Part shown: positions 1 through 9,304 of the stretch, one piece after another
Layout: the number at the start of each line of letters is the position of its first letter
Numbering within the stretch: the first letter of the stretch is position 1
Assembly: GCF_900187275.1 (NCBI RefSeq)
Contig: NZ_LT906458.1
Location: 120,001 to 152,000 of the forward strand
Reading direction: 5' to 3'
Source of the DNA: Pasteurella multocida
Lineage (GTDB): Bacteria; Pseudomonadota; Gammaproteobacteria; Enterobacterales; Pasteurellaceae
Length of the DNA: 32,000 nucleotides
Notes under the pieces: model-generated
The model's database searches: none
Seen by the model: only the letters and a program-made list of their open reading frames with translations
What the model was told of the DNA's origin: nothing
Made by a program: the position numbers and the translations under genes

Positions 1-496
1 TGGTAATCATGGACCTACCTATTATGAACGTTATACGCCCGAATATCGCCAATTTGTGCCAACCTGTGATACTAACCAAATCAATCGCTGTTCAAAACAA
101 CAACTGGTGAATACTTATGACAATGGGATTTTGTATGTAGACCAATTTATTGATCAAGTGATCAGCAAGCTAGAGCAGCGCCAACACTTACAGAGTGCTG
201 TGATTTACGTGTCTGATCATGGCGAATCCTTAGGGGAAAAAGGTGTTTATTTACATGCCGCGCCCTATGTGATTGCCCCAACAGAGCAGACACATATTCC
301 GATGATCATGTGGTTTTCACCACGTTGGAAAGCCTCACAACAAGTGGATTTAACTTGTTTACGCCAAAAAGCGAAAGAAGAAGCCTATTCGCATGATCAC
401 TTTTTTAGTACCGTGTTTGGTTTGATGCAGATGTCGGAGGAGAGTGAAACTTACCAACAAGACATGGATATTTTACGTCGTTGTCGCACACGCTAG
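1..496 (+). CDS. eptA: Phosphoethanolamine transferase (EptA/sulfatase-fold family), C-terminal part only
   Basis: Reading frame is open from base 2, upstream of the reported GTG at 56 (GNHGPTYYERYTPEYRQFVPTCDTNQINRC), so the 5' end lies outside the window. HGPTYY, PTCDTN and YVSDHGESLGEKGVYLH motifs are typical of this family. Confidence 0.88.
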   Translation, partial: GNHGPTYYERYTPEYRQFVPTCDTNQINRCSKQQLVNTYDNGILYVDQFIDQVISKLEQRQHLQSAVIYVSDHGESLGEKGVYLHAAPYVIAPTEQTHIPMIMWFSPRWKASQQVDLTCLRQKAKEEAYSHDHFFSTVFGLMQMSEESETYQQDMDILRRCRTR

Positions 497-511
497 TATA
501 GGACATTGAAT

Positions 512-538
512 AAAAGCCAAGCAAAGCTTGGCTTTTTT
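512..538 (+). terminator. Intrinsic terminator after eptA-like gene
   Basis: AAAAGCCAAGC-AAA-GCTTGGCTTTTTT: near-perfect stem followed by a T-run. Confidence 0.85.
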
Positions 539-638
539 ACTGGCTTTTTATACAGACTTTCATTGGAAATGCCGTCGATTTAGGCTAAACTATCGCTCAT
601 CTTTTTTGACTTATTTTATCTAACTACACACCGCTGTT

Positions 639-3600
639 ATGACAACCACATATTTCGATTTCACGATTCCTACACAAGCTAATGATCATAAAATTCTGGG
701 TAATGTTCTGATGGGCGCAGATTGCCTTGCGATAAGCCAAATTGCGCAGCAATATTCAGGTCTGACCGTAGTTGTCACAGCGGATACGCGAAGTGCGGTA
801 CGTTTAGAGAAAGTATTGGCACAATTTAGTTCATTACCCGTGACTTTTTTTCCAGATTGGGAAACATTACCTTACGATGCATTTTCGCCACACCAAGATA
901 TTATTTCTTCTCGTTTAAGTGTGCTATCTCAATTACAGCATTGTCAAAAAGGGATTGTCATTTTACCCATTAGCACTTTAATGCAGCATTTATGCCCGCC
1001 GACATTTTTACATCATAATCTGCTGTTAGTGAAAAAGGGTGATGGCTTACAGATTAATAAACTGCGTTTGCAGTTAGAAAGTGCGGGTTATCGTGCGGTA
1101 GAACAAGTGTTAGAGCATGGGGAATATGCGGTGCGTGGGGCATTATTAGATTTATTCCCAATGGGGAGTGCGGTGCCTTTCCGTTTAGATTTTTTTGATG
1201 ATGAAATTGACTCGATCCGCACTTTTGATGTGGATACACAACGTACCCTCGAAGAAATTCAAGCCATTAATTTATTGCCCGCGCATGAATTTCCAACTGA
1301 TGAGAAAGGCATTGAATTTTTCCGTACGCAATTTCGTGAAACTTTTGGTGAAATTCGTCGTGATCCGGAACATATCTACCAGCAAGTGAGTAAAGGTACT
1401 TTAATTTCAGGTATTGAATATTGGCAGCCTTTATTTTTTGAACAGATGGCAAGTCTATTTGATTACTTACCAAAGAATACTTTGTGGTTAGATGTAGGCG
1501 ATATCCAAGAGCAGGGAACGCGTTTTTATCAAGATGCTGAGCAACGCTATGAAAGTCGAAAAGTAGATCCTATGCGCCCGCTTTTACCGCCTGATCGTTT
1601 ATGGTTACGTCTCGAAGAGATTAATCGGATATTAAAGCAATATCCAAGAATCAGTTTCAAACTGGATAAAGTTCGTTCATCGGCACGTCAAAAGAACCTT
1701 GCCGTACAACCTTTACCTGCACTCGCTATTCAATCGCAACACAAAGAACCATTACAGCAATTACGTCAATTTAGTGAGCAATTTAAGGGCAAGATTGTGT
1801 TTTCGGTGGAAAGCGAAGGGCGCCGTGAAACCTTATTGGATTTACTCTCGCCACTCAAAATAAAACCACAAAAATTAACCGCACTTTCCAATATCAGTGA
1901 GAAGTTTAATGTCTTAATAAGTGGATTAGAAAACGGCTTTATTATTGATAAGGATCAGCCAGTTGCGGTGATGACGGAAACCGAGTTGCTTGGTGAGCGA
2001 GTACAGCAGCGCAGTCGAGATAAACGTAAATCAGTTAATCCTGATACTCTAATTCGTAATCTCGCGGAACTCAAAATTGGGCAGCCTGTAGTGCATTTAG
2101 ATCATGGTGTAGGGCGTTATGCGGGATTAGTGACGCTCGAAAATGGAGGCATTACGGCCGAATATTTGCTGTTAAATTATGCTAATGAATCTAAATTATA
2201 TGTCCCCGTATCCTCCTTGCATCTGATTAGTCGCTATGTGGGTGGTTCTGATGAAACGGCACCATTACATAAATTAGGGAGTGATGCATGGGTACGTGCA
2301 CGTCAAAAAGCCGCGGAAAAAATTCGTGATGTGGCGGCGGAATTGTTGGATGTGTATGCCCAACGCGAAGCTCAAAAAGGCTTTGCTTTCCATTATGATC
2401 GTGAAGCGTTTCAACAATTTGCAGCGACTTTCCCGTTTGAAGAAACGGTAGATCAAGAAATGGCGATTAACGCGGTGATTGCAGATATGTGCCAAGCAAA
2501 AGCCATGGACCGTTTAGTTTGTGGTGATGTGGGCTTTGGAAAAACAGAAGTCGCGATGCGTGCGGCATTTTTGGCGGTAATGAATCATAAGCAAGTGGCG
2601 GTATTGGTACCGACGACCTTATTGGCGCAACAACATTTTGAGAATTTTAAAGATCGTTTTGCCAATTTACCGATCAATGTGGAAGTGCTTTCACGTTTTA
2701 AAACAGCGAAAGAACAAAAAGTGGTCTTGCAGAATCTGGCGGAAGGGAAAGTCGATATTTTGATTGGCACGCATAAACTGATTCAATCGGATGTGCAATT
2801 TAAAGATTTGGGTTTACTTGTGATCGATGAGGAACATCGTTTTGGGGTGCGTCAAAAAGAGCGGATTAAACAGTTACGTGCCAATATTGATATTCTTACC
2901 TTAACCGCGACACCTATTCCACGAACCTTAAATATGGCGATGCACGGTATTCGGGACTTGTCGATTATTTCGACACCGCCAGCGCGCCGCCTGACGATCA
3001 AAACCTTTGTCAAACAAAGCGATGAATTAGTGATCCGTGAAGCGATTTTGCGTGAAATTTTGCGTGGTGGACAAGTGTATTATCTCCATAACGACGTGGC
3101 GAGTATTGAAAATTGTGCTGAAAAATTGCGTACACTGGTACCTGAGGCACGGGTGACCATTGGGCATGGTCAAATGCGTGAACGTGAGCTTGAACGGGTC
3201 ATGTCGGATTTTTATCATCAGCGTTTTAATGTGTTGGTGTGTTCCACCATTATTGAAACGGGGATTGATGTCCCTACCGCAAATACGATCATTATTGAGC
3301 GTGCGGATAACTTTGGTCTAGCCCAATTACATCAATTACGTGGTCGAGTGGGGCGCTCACATCACCAAGCGTATGCCTATTTATTAACCCCACCGATAAA
3401 AGCTATGACCAAAGATGCACAAAAACGTCTTGAGGCGTTAGAGAGCTTAGATAATTTAGGGGCGGGCTTTATTCTTGCTACTCACGATTTAGAAATTCGT
3501 GGTGCGGGGGAACTCCTTGGTTCTGAACAAAGTGGGCAAATTGAATCGATTGGCTTCTCTTTGTATATGGATTTATTGGAAAGTGCGGTGAATGCCTTAA

Positions 3601-4076
3601 AAGCTGGGCGTGAGCCGTCCCTAGAAGAACTCACTCAACAACAAGTCGAGATTGATTTACGTTTGCCTGCCTTGTTGCCAGAGGATTACTTGGGGGATGT
3701 AAATATTCGTTTATCTTTCTATAAACGGATTGCTGGGGCGGAGAATAAGCCGGAATTAGATGAGTTAAAAGTGGAGTTAATTGACCGTTTTGGTCGTTTA
3801 CCGGAAGCCACTACATCGCTATTCCGTATCGCAGAATTACGTCAGTTGGCGAAAAAGATTCAAATTCAGAAAATTGATGCGAATGCACAGGGTGGCTTCA
3901 TTGAGTTTGCCTCTAATGCGGATCTGGATCCAATGAAATTTTTACAATTAATTCAAACTGAACCAAGTGTGTATCGTTTTGATGGACCAACCAAATTCCG
4001 CTTTAGCAAAACCTTTGAGGGACATAAAGTGCGGTTGGATTTTGTTGAGAATCTCGTGAAAGGATTGATCCAGTAG
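639..4076 (+). CDS. mfd: Transcription-repair coupling factor Mfd
   Basis: 1145 aa; UvrB-like N-terminus, RNAP-interaction domain, helicase motifs GDVGFGKTEVAMRAAF, DEEHRFGVRQKE, TATPIPRTLNMAM, and a C-terminal TRCF domain. Confidence 0.98.
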   Translation: MTTTYFDFTIPTQANDHKILGNVLMGADCLAISQIAQQYSGLTVVVTADTRSAVRLEKVLAQFSSLPVTFFPDWETLPYDAFSPHQDIISSRLSVLSQLQHCQKGIVILPISTLMQHLCPPTFLHHNLLLVKKGDGLQINKLRLQLESAGYRAVEQVLEHGEYAVRGALLDLFPMGSAVPFRLDFFDDEIDSIRTFDVDTQRTLEEIQAINLLPAHEFPTDEKGIEFFRTQFRETFGEIRRDPEHIYQQVSKGTLISGIEYWQPLFFEQMASLFDYLPKNTLWLDVGDIQEQGTRFYQDAEQRYESRKVDPMRPLLPPDRLWLRLEEINRILKQYPRISFKLDKVRSSARQKNLAVQPLPALAIQSQHKEPLQQLRQFSEQFKGKIVFSVESEGRRETLLDLLSPLKIKPQKLTALSNISEKFNVLISGLENGFIIDKDQPVAVMTETELLGERVQQRSRDKRKSVNPDTLIRNLAELKIGQPVVHLDHGVGRYAGLVTLENGGITAEYLLLNYANESKLYVPVSSLHLISRYVGGSDETAPLHKLGSDAWVRARQKAAEKIRDVAAELLDVYAQREAQKGFAFHYDREAFQQFAATFPFEETVDQEMAINAVIADMCQAKAMDRLVCGDVGFGKTEVAMRAAFLAVMNHKQVAVLVPTTLLAQQHFENFKDRFANLPINVEVLSRFKTAKEQKVVLQNLAEGKVDILIGTHKLIQSDVQFKDLGLLVIDEEHRFGVRQKERIKQLRANIDILTLTATPIPRTLNMAMHGIRDLSIISTPPARRLTIKTFVKQSDELVIREAILREILRGGQVYYLHNDVASIENCAEKLRTLVPEARVTIGHGQMRERELERVMSDFYHQRFNVLVCSTIIETGIDVPTANTIIIERADNFGLAQLHQLRGRVGRSHHQAYAYLLTPPIKAMTKDAQKRLEALESLDNLGAGFILATHDLEIRGAGELLGSEQSGQIESIGFSLYMDLLESAVNALKAGREPSLEELTQQQVEIDLRLPALLPEDYLGDVNIRLSFYKRIAGAENKPELDELKVELIDRFGRLPEATTSLFRIAELRQLAKKIQIQKIDANAQGGFIEFASNADLDPMKFLQLIQTEPSVYRFDGPTKFRFSKTFEGHKVRLDFVENLVKGLIQ

Positions 4077-4127
4077 TGTGATGAGTTGTGTGGTGTTCGT
4101 CTCTTTTACGACGCTTCGATAGAAAAT

Positions 4128-4156
4128 AAAGGCGATTCTGAAAATCGCCTTTTTTG
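4128..4156. terminator. Terminator between convergent mfd and mglC
   Basis: AAAGGCGATT-CTGAA-AATCGCCTTTTTT. Confidence 0.85.
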
Positions 4157-4176
4157 TGCTAGTGCGATACGCCTTT

Positions 4177-5187
4177 TTATTTTTTCTTCGCGTATTTGAG
4201 TGAGTCGATAGCCACCGCAAGAATGATGATGCTACCTTTGATGATATATTGCCAATATGGGTTAACACCGATATAGGTTAAGCCGTAGTTGATGACGGTA
4301 AAGATAATTACCCCAGTTACTACACCAATAACCGTACCCACACCACCGGCGAATGAAACGCCCCCTACTACACAGGCTGCAATCGCATCTAATTCATACA
4401 TGAAACCTAAGTTATTAGTGGCAGAACCGATACGACCGGCTTCTAACATTCCACCAAAACCGTAGAACATACCCGCGATCATATAGATAACCACTAAGTT
4501 ACGTGCGACGTTAACGCCAGATACACGAGCCGCTTCTGGGTTACCACCGATAGCAAAGATATTTTTACCAAAGCGCGTTTTATTCCACAATACCCACACT
4601 AAGAAGGTCGCAACAGCAGCATAAATCGTGATATAGGACAGTTTGAAGGAACCGAATTTAAAGAAACCTTGTGCAAACGTTGAGAAGGTTTCGTTAAAGC
4701 CTGCAATTGGCGATCCTCCTACCGCATCATAGTAAAGTGAGTTAATCCCATAAACGATAATCATGGTCCCCATGGTGGCAATAAATGGTGTTACGTTTAA
4801 GTAAGCAATAACTAAACCATTTACTAAACCGATGATTGCACCAATCGCACAAACAGTTAAAATTACAACCGGAATTGGGAGCTCAGGTAAATCCGGGAAA
4901 ACGCGGTTAAAGTTGTCCATGGCTTGTAACAAGGTCGCTGAAATAACCGCCGCTAAACCGACTTGGCGACCGGCAGATAAGTCTGTCCCTTGTGTGACAA
5001 GTAAGCCGGCTACACCCAGCGCGATGATTAAGCGTACGGAAGATTGCGTTAAAATGTTACTGAAGTTTCGTAAGTTCAAGAATGTTGGGTCTTGAACAAT
5101 GATGATCCCGAGTAAAATTAATAATACAAAGTAGATTGCATTTTGTTTAAAGAAATCAAGGGATTTATTTTGTTTTAATGCAGCCAT
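4177..5187 (-). CDS. mglC: Galactose/methyl galactoside ABC transporter permease MglC
   Basis: 336 aa hydrophobic permease (VGVTQGTDLSAGRQVGLAA-like region, GGNPEAARVSGVNV), adjacent to mglA and mglB. Confidence 0.96.
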   Translation of the reverse strand: MAALKQNKSLDFFKQNAIYFVLLILLGIIIVQDPTFLNLRNFSNILTQSSVRLIIALGVAGLLVTQGTDLSAGRQVGLAAVISATLLQAMDNFNRVFPDLPELPIPVVILTVCAIGAIIGLVNGLVIAYLNVTPFIATMGTMIIVYGINSLYYDAVGGSPIAGFNETFSTFAQGFFKFGSFKLSYITIYAAVATFLVWVLWNKTRFGKNIFAIGGNPEAARVSGVNVARNLVVIYMIAGMFYGFGGMLEAGRIGSATNNLGFMYELDAIAACVVGGVSFAGGVGTVIGVVTGVIIFTVINYGLTYIGVNPYWQYIIKGSIIILAVAIDSLKYAKKK

Positions 5188-5211
5188 AATTTATTTCCTT
5201 AATTCTGTGTT

Positions 5212-6732
5212 TTATAAATATTTTGCAGCGAGCTGTAAAATTTCTTCTTGTGAGGTTTCAGCAGTATTCACGATACCTGCGACTTTACCGTTACTCATCA
5301 CAAGAATTCGGTCAGTAACCCCTAATAACTCTGGCATTTCAGATGAAATCATGATGATACCTTTATCTTTTTTGGCTAACTCCATAATCAGCTGATAAAT
5401 TTCATATTTCGCACCAATGTCGATACCACGTGTTGGTTCGTCTAACATCAAGATTTCAGGTTGGGTTAATAACCAACGACCAATGACCACTTTTTGTTGG
5501 TTACCACCAGATAATGAGCCAATATTGGTTTTGTGAGATGGCGTTTTCACATTCATGGAATCAATGACCCATTGCGTGTCGCTTTTCATTTTTGTGTTAC
5601 TCAATAAACCTAACTTGCTGATATAGGATTTCATGTTAGAAATTAATGAGTTAAACTCAATACTGAGATTCGCATAAATCCCTGTAGAGCGACGTTCTTC
5701 CGTGACCAAGGCAAAACCATTGTTAATGGCTTCGAACGCATTCCGGTTTTTCATTTCCTTATCGTGTAGTTTAATCACACCAGATTTACGTTCACGCACC
5801 CCGAAGATCGTTTCCACAATATCGGTACGTTTTGCCCCAACCAGTCCCGCAATGCCGAGCACTTCGCCTTTGCGTAATTCAAAACTAACATCTTGAATAG
5901 ATGGCTGATTAAGTGCGGTCAGATTTTCCACCGTTAAGATGGTTTCTTTTGGGGTATTGGTTTTTGGTGGGAAACGTTGCGTGAGTTCACGCCCAACCAT
6001 CATGGATACAATCTGATCCATTGTGGTGCCTTTAACAGCGACCGTATTGATCCATTTACCATCGCGTAAAATCGTAATTTCGTCACAAATTTTGAAGATT
6101 TCGTCCATTTTGTGCGAAATATAAATAATGCCACAGCCACGTTGTTTTAGCTTCGCGATAATTTTAAATAGGTGTTCAACTTCTTTTTCTGAAAGCGAAG
6201 AAGTCGGTTCGTCCATGATTACGATTTTGGCATTGTATGAAAAGGCCTTTGCGATCTCGATCATTTGCATTTGTGACACTGACAATTTGGCCACTTTTTC
6301 TTTTGGATCGATATCGATATCTAATTCTTCAAAAATCGCTTTGGTATCACGATACATTTTGCCGTGATCGACAAAGCCTGCTTTTAATGGATAACGTCCT
6401 AACCAAAGATTATCCATTACAGTACATTGTTTAACCAAGTTAAGTTCTTGGTGCACCATGGAAATCCCGTTCTCTAAGGCTTCTTTCGACGTTTTAAAGT
6501 TGACTGGCTTGCCTAAGAAAAGGATGTCACCTTCATCTTTACTGTAAATACCAAATAAGCATTTTAATAAGGTCGATTTGCCCGCCCCATTTTCGCCCAT
6601 TAAGGCATGGACAGAATGCGAGCGCACAGTTAGGTTTGCATTGTCTAACGCTTTAACACCGGGAAAGGATTTACAGACGTTGGTCATTGTGAGCAGTATT
6701 TCACTGTCTTGATTTGGAATTTGAGTTGTCAT
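5212..6732 (-). CDS. mglA: Galactose/methyl galactoside ABC transporter ATP-binding protein MglA
   Basis: Two ABC domains ([31 protein letters not shown]). ATG at 6732 has a good SD (TGAGG); the ORF-track GTG at 6744 overlaps that SD and is unlikely to be the start. Confidence 0.96.
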   Translation of the reverse strand: MTTQIPNQDSEILLTMTNVCKSFPGVKALDNANLTVRSHSVHALMGENGAGKSTLLKCLFGIYSKDEGDILFLGKPVNFKTSKEALENGISMVHQELNLVKQCTVMDNLWLGRYPLKAGFVDHGKMYRDTKAIFEELDIDIDPKEKVAKLSVSQMQMIEIAKAFSYNAKIVIMDEPTSSLSEKEVEHLFKIIAKLKQRGCGIIYISHKMDEIFKICDEITILRDGKWINTVAVKGTTMDQIVSMMVGRELTQRFPPKTNTPKETILTVENLTALNQPSIQDVSFELRKGEVLGIAGLVGAKRTDIVETIFGVRERKSGVIKLHDKEMKNRNAFEAINNGFALVTEERRSTGIYANLSIEFNSLISNMKSYISKLGLLSNTKMKSDTQWVIDSMNVKTPSHKTNIGSLSGGNQQKVVIGRWLLTQPEILMLDEPTRGIDIGAKYEIYQLIMELAKKDKGIIMISSEMPELLGVTDRILVMSNGKVAGIVNTAETSQEEILQLAAKYL

Positions 6733-6752
6733 ATCCAACCTCACATAAAAAG

Positions 6753-6771
6753 GGGGAGGGTATACCTCCCC
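6753..6771 (-). terminator. Attenuator-like hairpin between mglB and mglA
   Basis: Minus strand reads GGGGAGG-TATAC-CCTCCCC-CTTTTTA, a 7-bp GC stem plus a short U-run, 33 nt past the mglB stop. Confidence 0.6.
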
Positions 6772-6804
6772 GAGAATTACAACTTCTTGTTTTGTTATAG
6801 TTTA

Positions 6805-7797
6805 TTATTTTAGGAACTCGTTTAAGTTATCCGCATCCACACCAACATAAGGGATACGTACTACACGATCTTTTAACTGCCATTTTGTGCCTTCAGTGGC
6901 AGGTTTTCCTTTTGCAAGATTATTACTTAATTGAACAACGGCTTTACCTTGGTTCACACCGTCATTTAACACCGTACCTGCAATTTCACCTTTTTTGATT
7001 AATTGGAGGACTTCTGGTAACGCATCTACACCGAAGATTGGTAATTTTTTACCATGTGCTTTCGTGGCTTCCAATGCCCCCATCGCCATACCATCGTTGT
7101 TAGCGATGATCACTTCAATTTGATTTGCTTTAGAGCTAGATAACCATGCATCCATTTTATCTTTCGCTAAAGCGGCATCCCACATCCCCGTGTCGATGAA
7201 TAATTGCTCAGTTTGAATGCCTTTATTATTTAATTCTTCAATGACGAATTTTGTACGAGCTTCTGCATCTGGGTGTCCTGGTTCACCTTTTAATAAAACG
7301 TATTGAATTTTACCGTCTTTATTTAAGTCATATGCAGGGTTAGCTTGCCAGTGTTTAGCAATCAATGAACCTTGAATTAAACCAGGCTCTTTTGGATCGG
7401 TACCCACATAGTATGCATGTTCATAGCTACCGATTGCTTTTGCACCAGGATCTTTATTAAAGAACACAACAGGAATATCATCAGGTTTTGCTTTACCGAT
7501 AATAGTTGGTGCTGCCGCTGGGTCAACGAGGTTAATGGCTAAGGCTTTAACGCCTTTAGAAATCAAACCATCCACTTGGTCATTTTGTACCGCTTGTGCG
7601 TTTTGTGAGTCGTTCATTAATAACTCAATATCTTTAAATTGCTCAGCTTCTTTATTGATTTCTTTACGCATGAGTGACATGAAGTTATCATCATATTTAT
7701 AAATGGTTACACCAATACGATCGGCGGCTTGCGCTGCTGAAGCGGCTACGCCTAGACCGACTGCTAAAGCAACAGCACTTAATACGGTTTTTTTCAT
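6805..7797 (-). CDS. mglB: D-galactose-binding periplasmic protein MglB
   Basis: 330 aa; signal peptide [25 protein letters not shown] followed by a sugar-binding protein matching MglB. Confidence 0.97.
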   Translation of the reverse strand: MKKTVLSAVALAVGLGVAASAAQAADRIGVTIYKYDDNFMSLMRKEINKEAEQFKDIELLMNDSQNAQAVQNDQVDGLISKGVKALAINLVDPAAAPTIIGKAKPDDIPVVFFNKDPGAKAIGSYEHAYYVGTDPKEPGLIQGSLIAKHWQANPAYDLNKDGKIQYVLLKGEPGHPDAEARTKFVIEELNNKGIQTEQLFIDTGMWDAALAKDKMDAWLSSSKANQIEVIIANNDGMAMGALEATKAHGKKLPIFGVDALPEVLQLIKKGEIAGTVLNDGVNQGKAVVQLSNNLAKGKPATEGTKWQLKDRVVRIPYVGVDADNLNEFLK

Positions 7798-7875
7798 AAT
7801 AACTCTCCTATTTAGAACGAATAGATTTTGTTATCTTTTTGCGTTTAACCCACTTTGCCTAGATAACTGGGGTGA

Positions 7876-7881
7876 ATCATA
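7876..7881 (-). promoter_or_regulatory. Candidate -10 element of the mglB promoter (TATGAT)
   Basis: TATGAT on the minus strand. With a TSS at 7869 it spans -12 to -7, and the CRP site centre falls at -41.5. Confidence 0.55.
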
Positions 7882-7902
7882 CTGGAAAATATTTTCTAAG
7901 AC

Positions 7903-7918
7903 TGTGATCTCACTCACA
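7903..7918 (-). promoter_or_regulatory. CRP binding site upstream of mglB
   Basis: TGTGATCTCACTCACA matches TGTGA-N6-TCACA at all 10 informative positions. Confidence 0.85.
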
Positions 7919-7921
7919 TTT

Positions 7922-7937
7922 GTGAAAACGATTACAA
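7922..7937 (-). promoter_or_regulatory. GalR/GalS operator upstream of mglB
   Basis: GTGAAAACGATTACAA vs consensus GTGKAANCGNTTNCAC: two mismatches. Confidence 0.7.
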
Positions 7938-7951
7938 TTGACTCATGAAAC

Positions 7952-7967
7952 TGTTACCTTGATCACA
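7952..7967. promoter_or_regulatory. Second candidate CRP site upstream of mglB
   Basis: TGTTACCTTGATCACA: one mismatch to TGTGA-N6-TCACA. Confidence 0.5.
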
Positions 7968-7997
7968 CTTTCAAGGTGTTTTTTACTATAAAAAAAG

Positions 7998-8036
7998 AAA
8001 ACGTGGCTAAATTTGCACAAATTTAACCACGTTTTT
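7998..8036. terminator. Terminator downstream of the galS/galR-type gene (T-runs on both sides)
   Basis: AACGTGGCTAAATTTGCACAAATTTAACCACGTTTTTT, a long stem with one internal mismatch. The opposite strand reads ...CCACGTTTTCTTTTTTT. Confidence 0.75.
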
Positions 8037-8053
8037 TGTATTGTTAATGGAAA

Positions 8054-8069
8054 ATGTTTACGTTTTCAT
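8054..8069. promoter_or_regulatory. Weak Gal-operator-like site in the regulator's 3' region
   Basis: ATGTTTACGTTTTCAT: central CG and one good half-site (TTTTCA). Confidence 0.35.
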
Positions 8070-8076
8070 CATTAGC

Positions 8077-9081
8077 TCATTGTGAATGCTGCTCGGTTGA
8101 GAAACGTCTAACTAATGTGGGATTAAATTGAATGTGTGAAGGTTTTTTCACATCTTGATCCACTAAGCTTAGCGCTAATTTTGCCGCATAATTCGCCATT
8201 AAATCGATGGGATAGCGGATTGTAGTGAGTTTAGGAATCAAATAACGTGCAATTGGCATATCATCAAAGCCGATGATCGAACATTGGGCTGGAACACGAA
8301 TGTTATTTTCATTTAATACAGAAATCGCACCGGCTGCCATAGAATCATTATAAGCGACCACCGCGGTGAGATCGGAATTGTAACTGAGTAGGTTAATCAT
8401 GGCTTCTTCTCCCCCTTCAAAATCGGGTGAGCTGTGCGTAATCGCATGTTCAATGACGGGGATATGGTATTGCTTTAACGCCGCCAGATAACCACGATGT
8501 CTTTCTATTTCATCCATAATATAATGGTTTGAACCAATATAGCCGATTTTTTTGTGCCCGAGCTTAATTAAGGTTTCTGTCGCGATAAAAGTCCCTTTTT
8601 CATTATCTAAGCTAACACAACGATGTTCATACCCTTGCACAACACGATTGATAATCACCATACCTGGCACTTTTTCTAAATATTGACATAGGACTCCATC
8701 ACTGAGTGCCTTTGCATGTACCACAAGACAGCTACAACGTTTGCGTAATAGTGTATCGATCGCTTCTTTTTCTTTTTCTGCATTATGATAGCCAATCCCA
8801 ATGATAATGGTTTTTTTGTATTCTTCTGCCACTTTATCGACAGCTTTCACTAAGATCGCGAAAAAGGCGTCGGTAACATCTGTTACCACCACTCCAATAG
8901 TATCGGTATTTTTCATGGCAAGTGCTTGTGCATTCGCATTGGGTTGGTAACCAAGCTTTTCGATGGCAGCTTGGACGGCGATGCGAGCTTTTTCACTCGC
9001 AGAAGGATGATTATTGAGTACGCGAGATACCGTAGCGACAGAAACACCCGCATGTTGTGCAACATCATGAATAGTAACCAT
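8077..9081 (-). CDS. galS: LacI-family galactose regulator (GalS/GalR type)
   Basis: 334 aa; N-terminal [36 protein letters not shown] and a periplasmic-binding-like effector domain; located between mgl and gal genes. Confidence 0.9.
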   Translation of the reverse strand: MVTIHDVAQHAGVSVATVSRVLNNHPSASEKARIAVQAAIEKLGYQPNANAQALAMKNTDTIGVVVTDVTDAFFAILVKAVDKVAEEYKKTIIIGIGYHNAEKEKEAIDTLLRKRCSCLVVHAKALSDGVLCQYLEKVPGMVIINRVVQGYEHRCVSLDNEKGTFIATETLIKLGHKKIGYIGSNHYIMDEIERHRGYLAALKQYHIPVIEHAITHSSPDFEGGEEAMINLLSYNSDLTAVVAYNDSMAAGAISVLNENNIRVPAQCSIIGFDDMPIARYLIPKLTTIRYPIDLMANYAAKLALSLVDQDVKKPSHIQFNPTLVRRFSTEQHSQ

Positions 9082-9141
9082 AACGAATATGACCTTTCCT
9101 GTGAGAAACCCTTGTTTTCATCCTATAAAATTTTGCTAGGT

Positions 9142-9157
9142 TTGAAAACGTTTAGCA
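9142..9157. promoter_or_regulatory. Weak Gal-operator-like site upstream of the regulator gene
   Basis: TTGAAAACGTTTAGCA: AAACGTTT core, outer half imperfect. Confidence 0.35.
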
Positions 9158-9216
9158 CTAAATCTGACACCTTATACACAAAAAACAAAGTAAAATCGTA
9201 AGGGATTTCTTGATTT

Positions 9217-9232
9217 TGTGATCTAGTTAACA
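9217..9232 (+). promoter_or_regulatory. Candidate CRP site upstream of galT
   Basis: TGTGATCTAGTTAACA: one mismatch. Its centre (9224.5) lies about 41 bp upstream of a plausible TSS near 9265-9266 (-10-like TATCTT at 9253-9258). Confidence 0.55.
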
Positions 9233-9272
9233 GTTTATTTTTGATAATTTGGTATCTTATGCCAAAAATAAA

Positions 9273-9288
9273 ATGTAACCGTTTTCAG
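9273..9288 (+). promoter_or_regulatory. GalR/GalS operator just upstream of galT
   Basis: ATGTAACCGTTTTCAG matches GTGKAANCGNTTNCAC except at the two outermost bases. Confidence 0.65.
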
Positions 9289-9304
9289 TTGTCGGGAGTA
9301 AAAG

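Noticed and set aside
3948-4268. 106-aa minus-strand ORF at the mfd/mglC junction
   Set aside because: Overlaps the 3' ends of both genes and their shared terminator; no recognisable motif.
7811-7826. Possible internal Gal operator at about +50 of mglB, as in E. coli gal
   Set aside because: TTTAGAACGAATAGAT matches the operator consensus poorly, so the E. coli OI counterpart is not supported here.
7703-7948. 81-aa plus-strand ORF covering the mglB signal region and promoter
   Set aside because: Antisense to the mglB start and overlapping predicted CRP and operator sites; no homology recognised.
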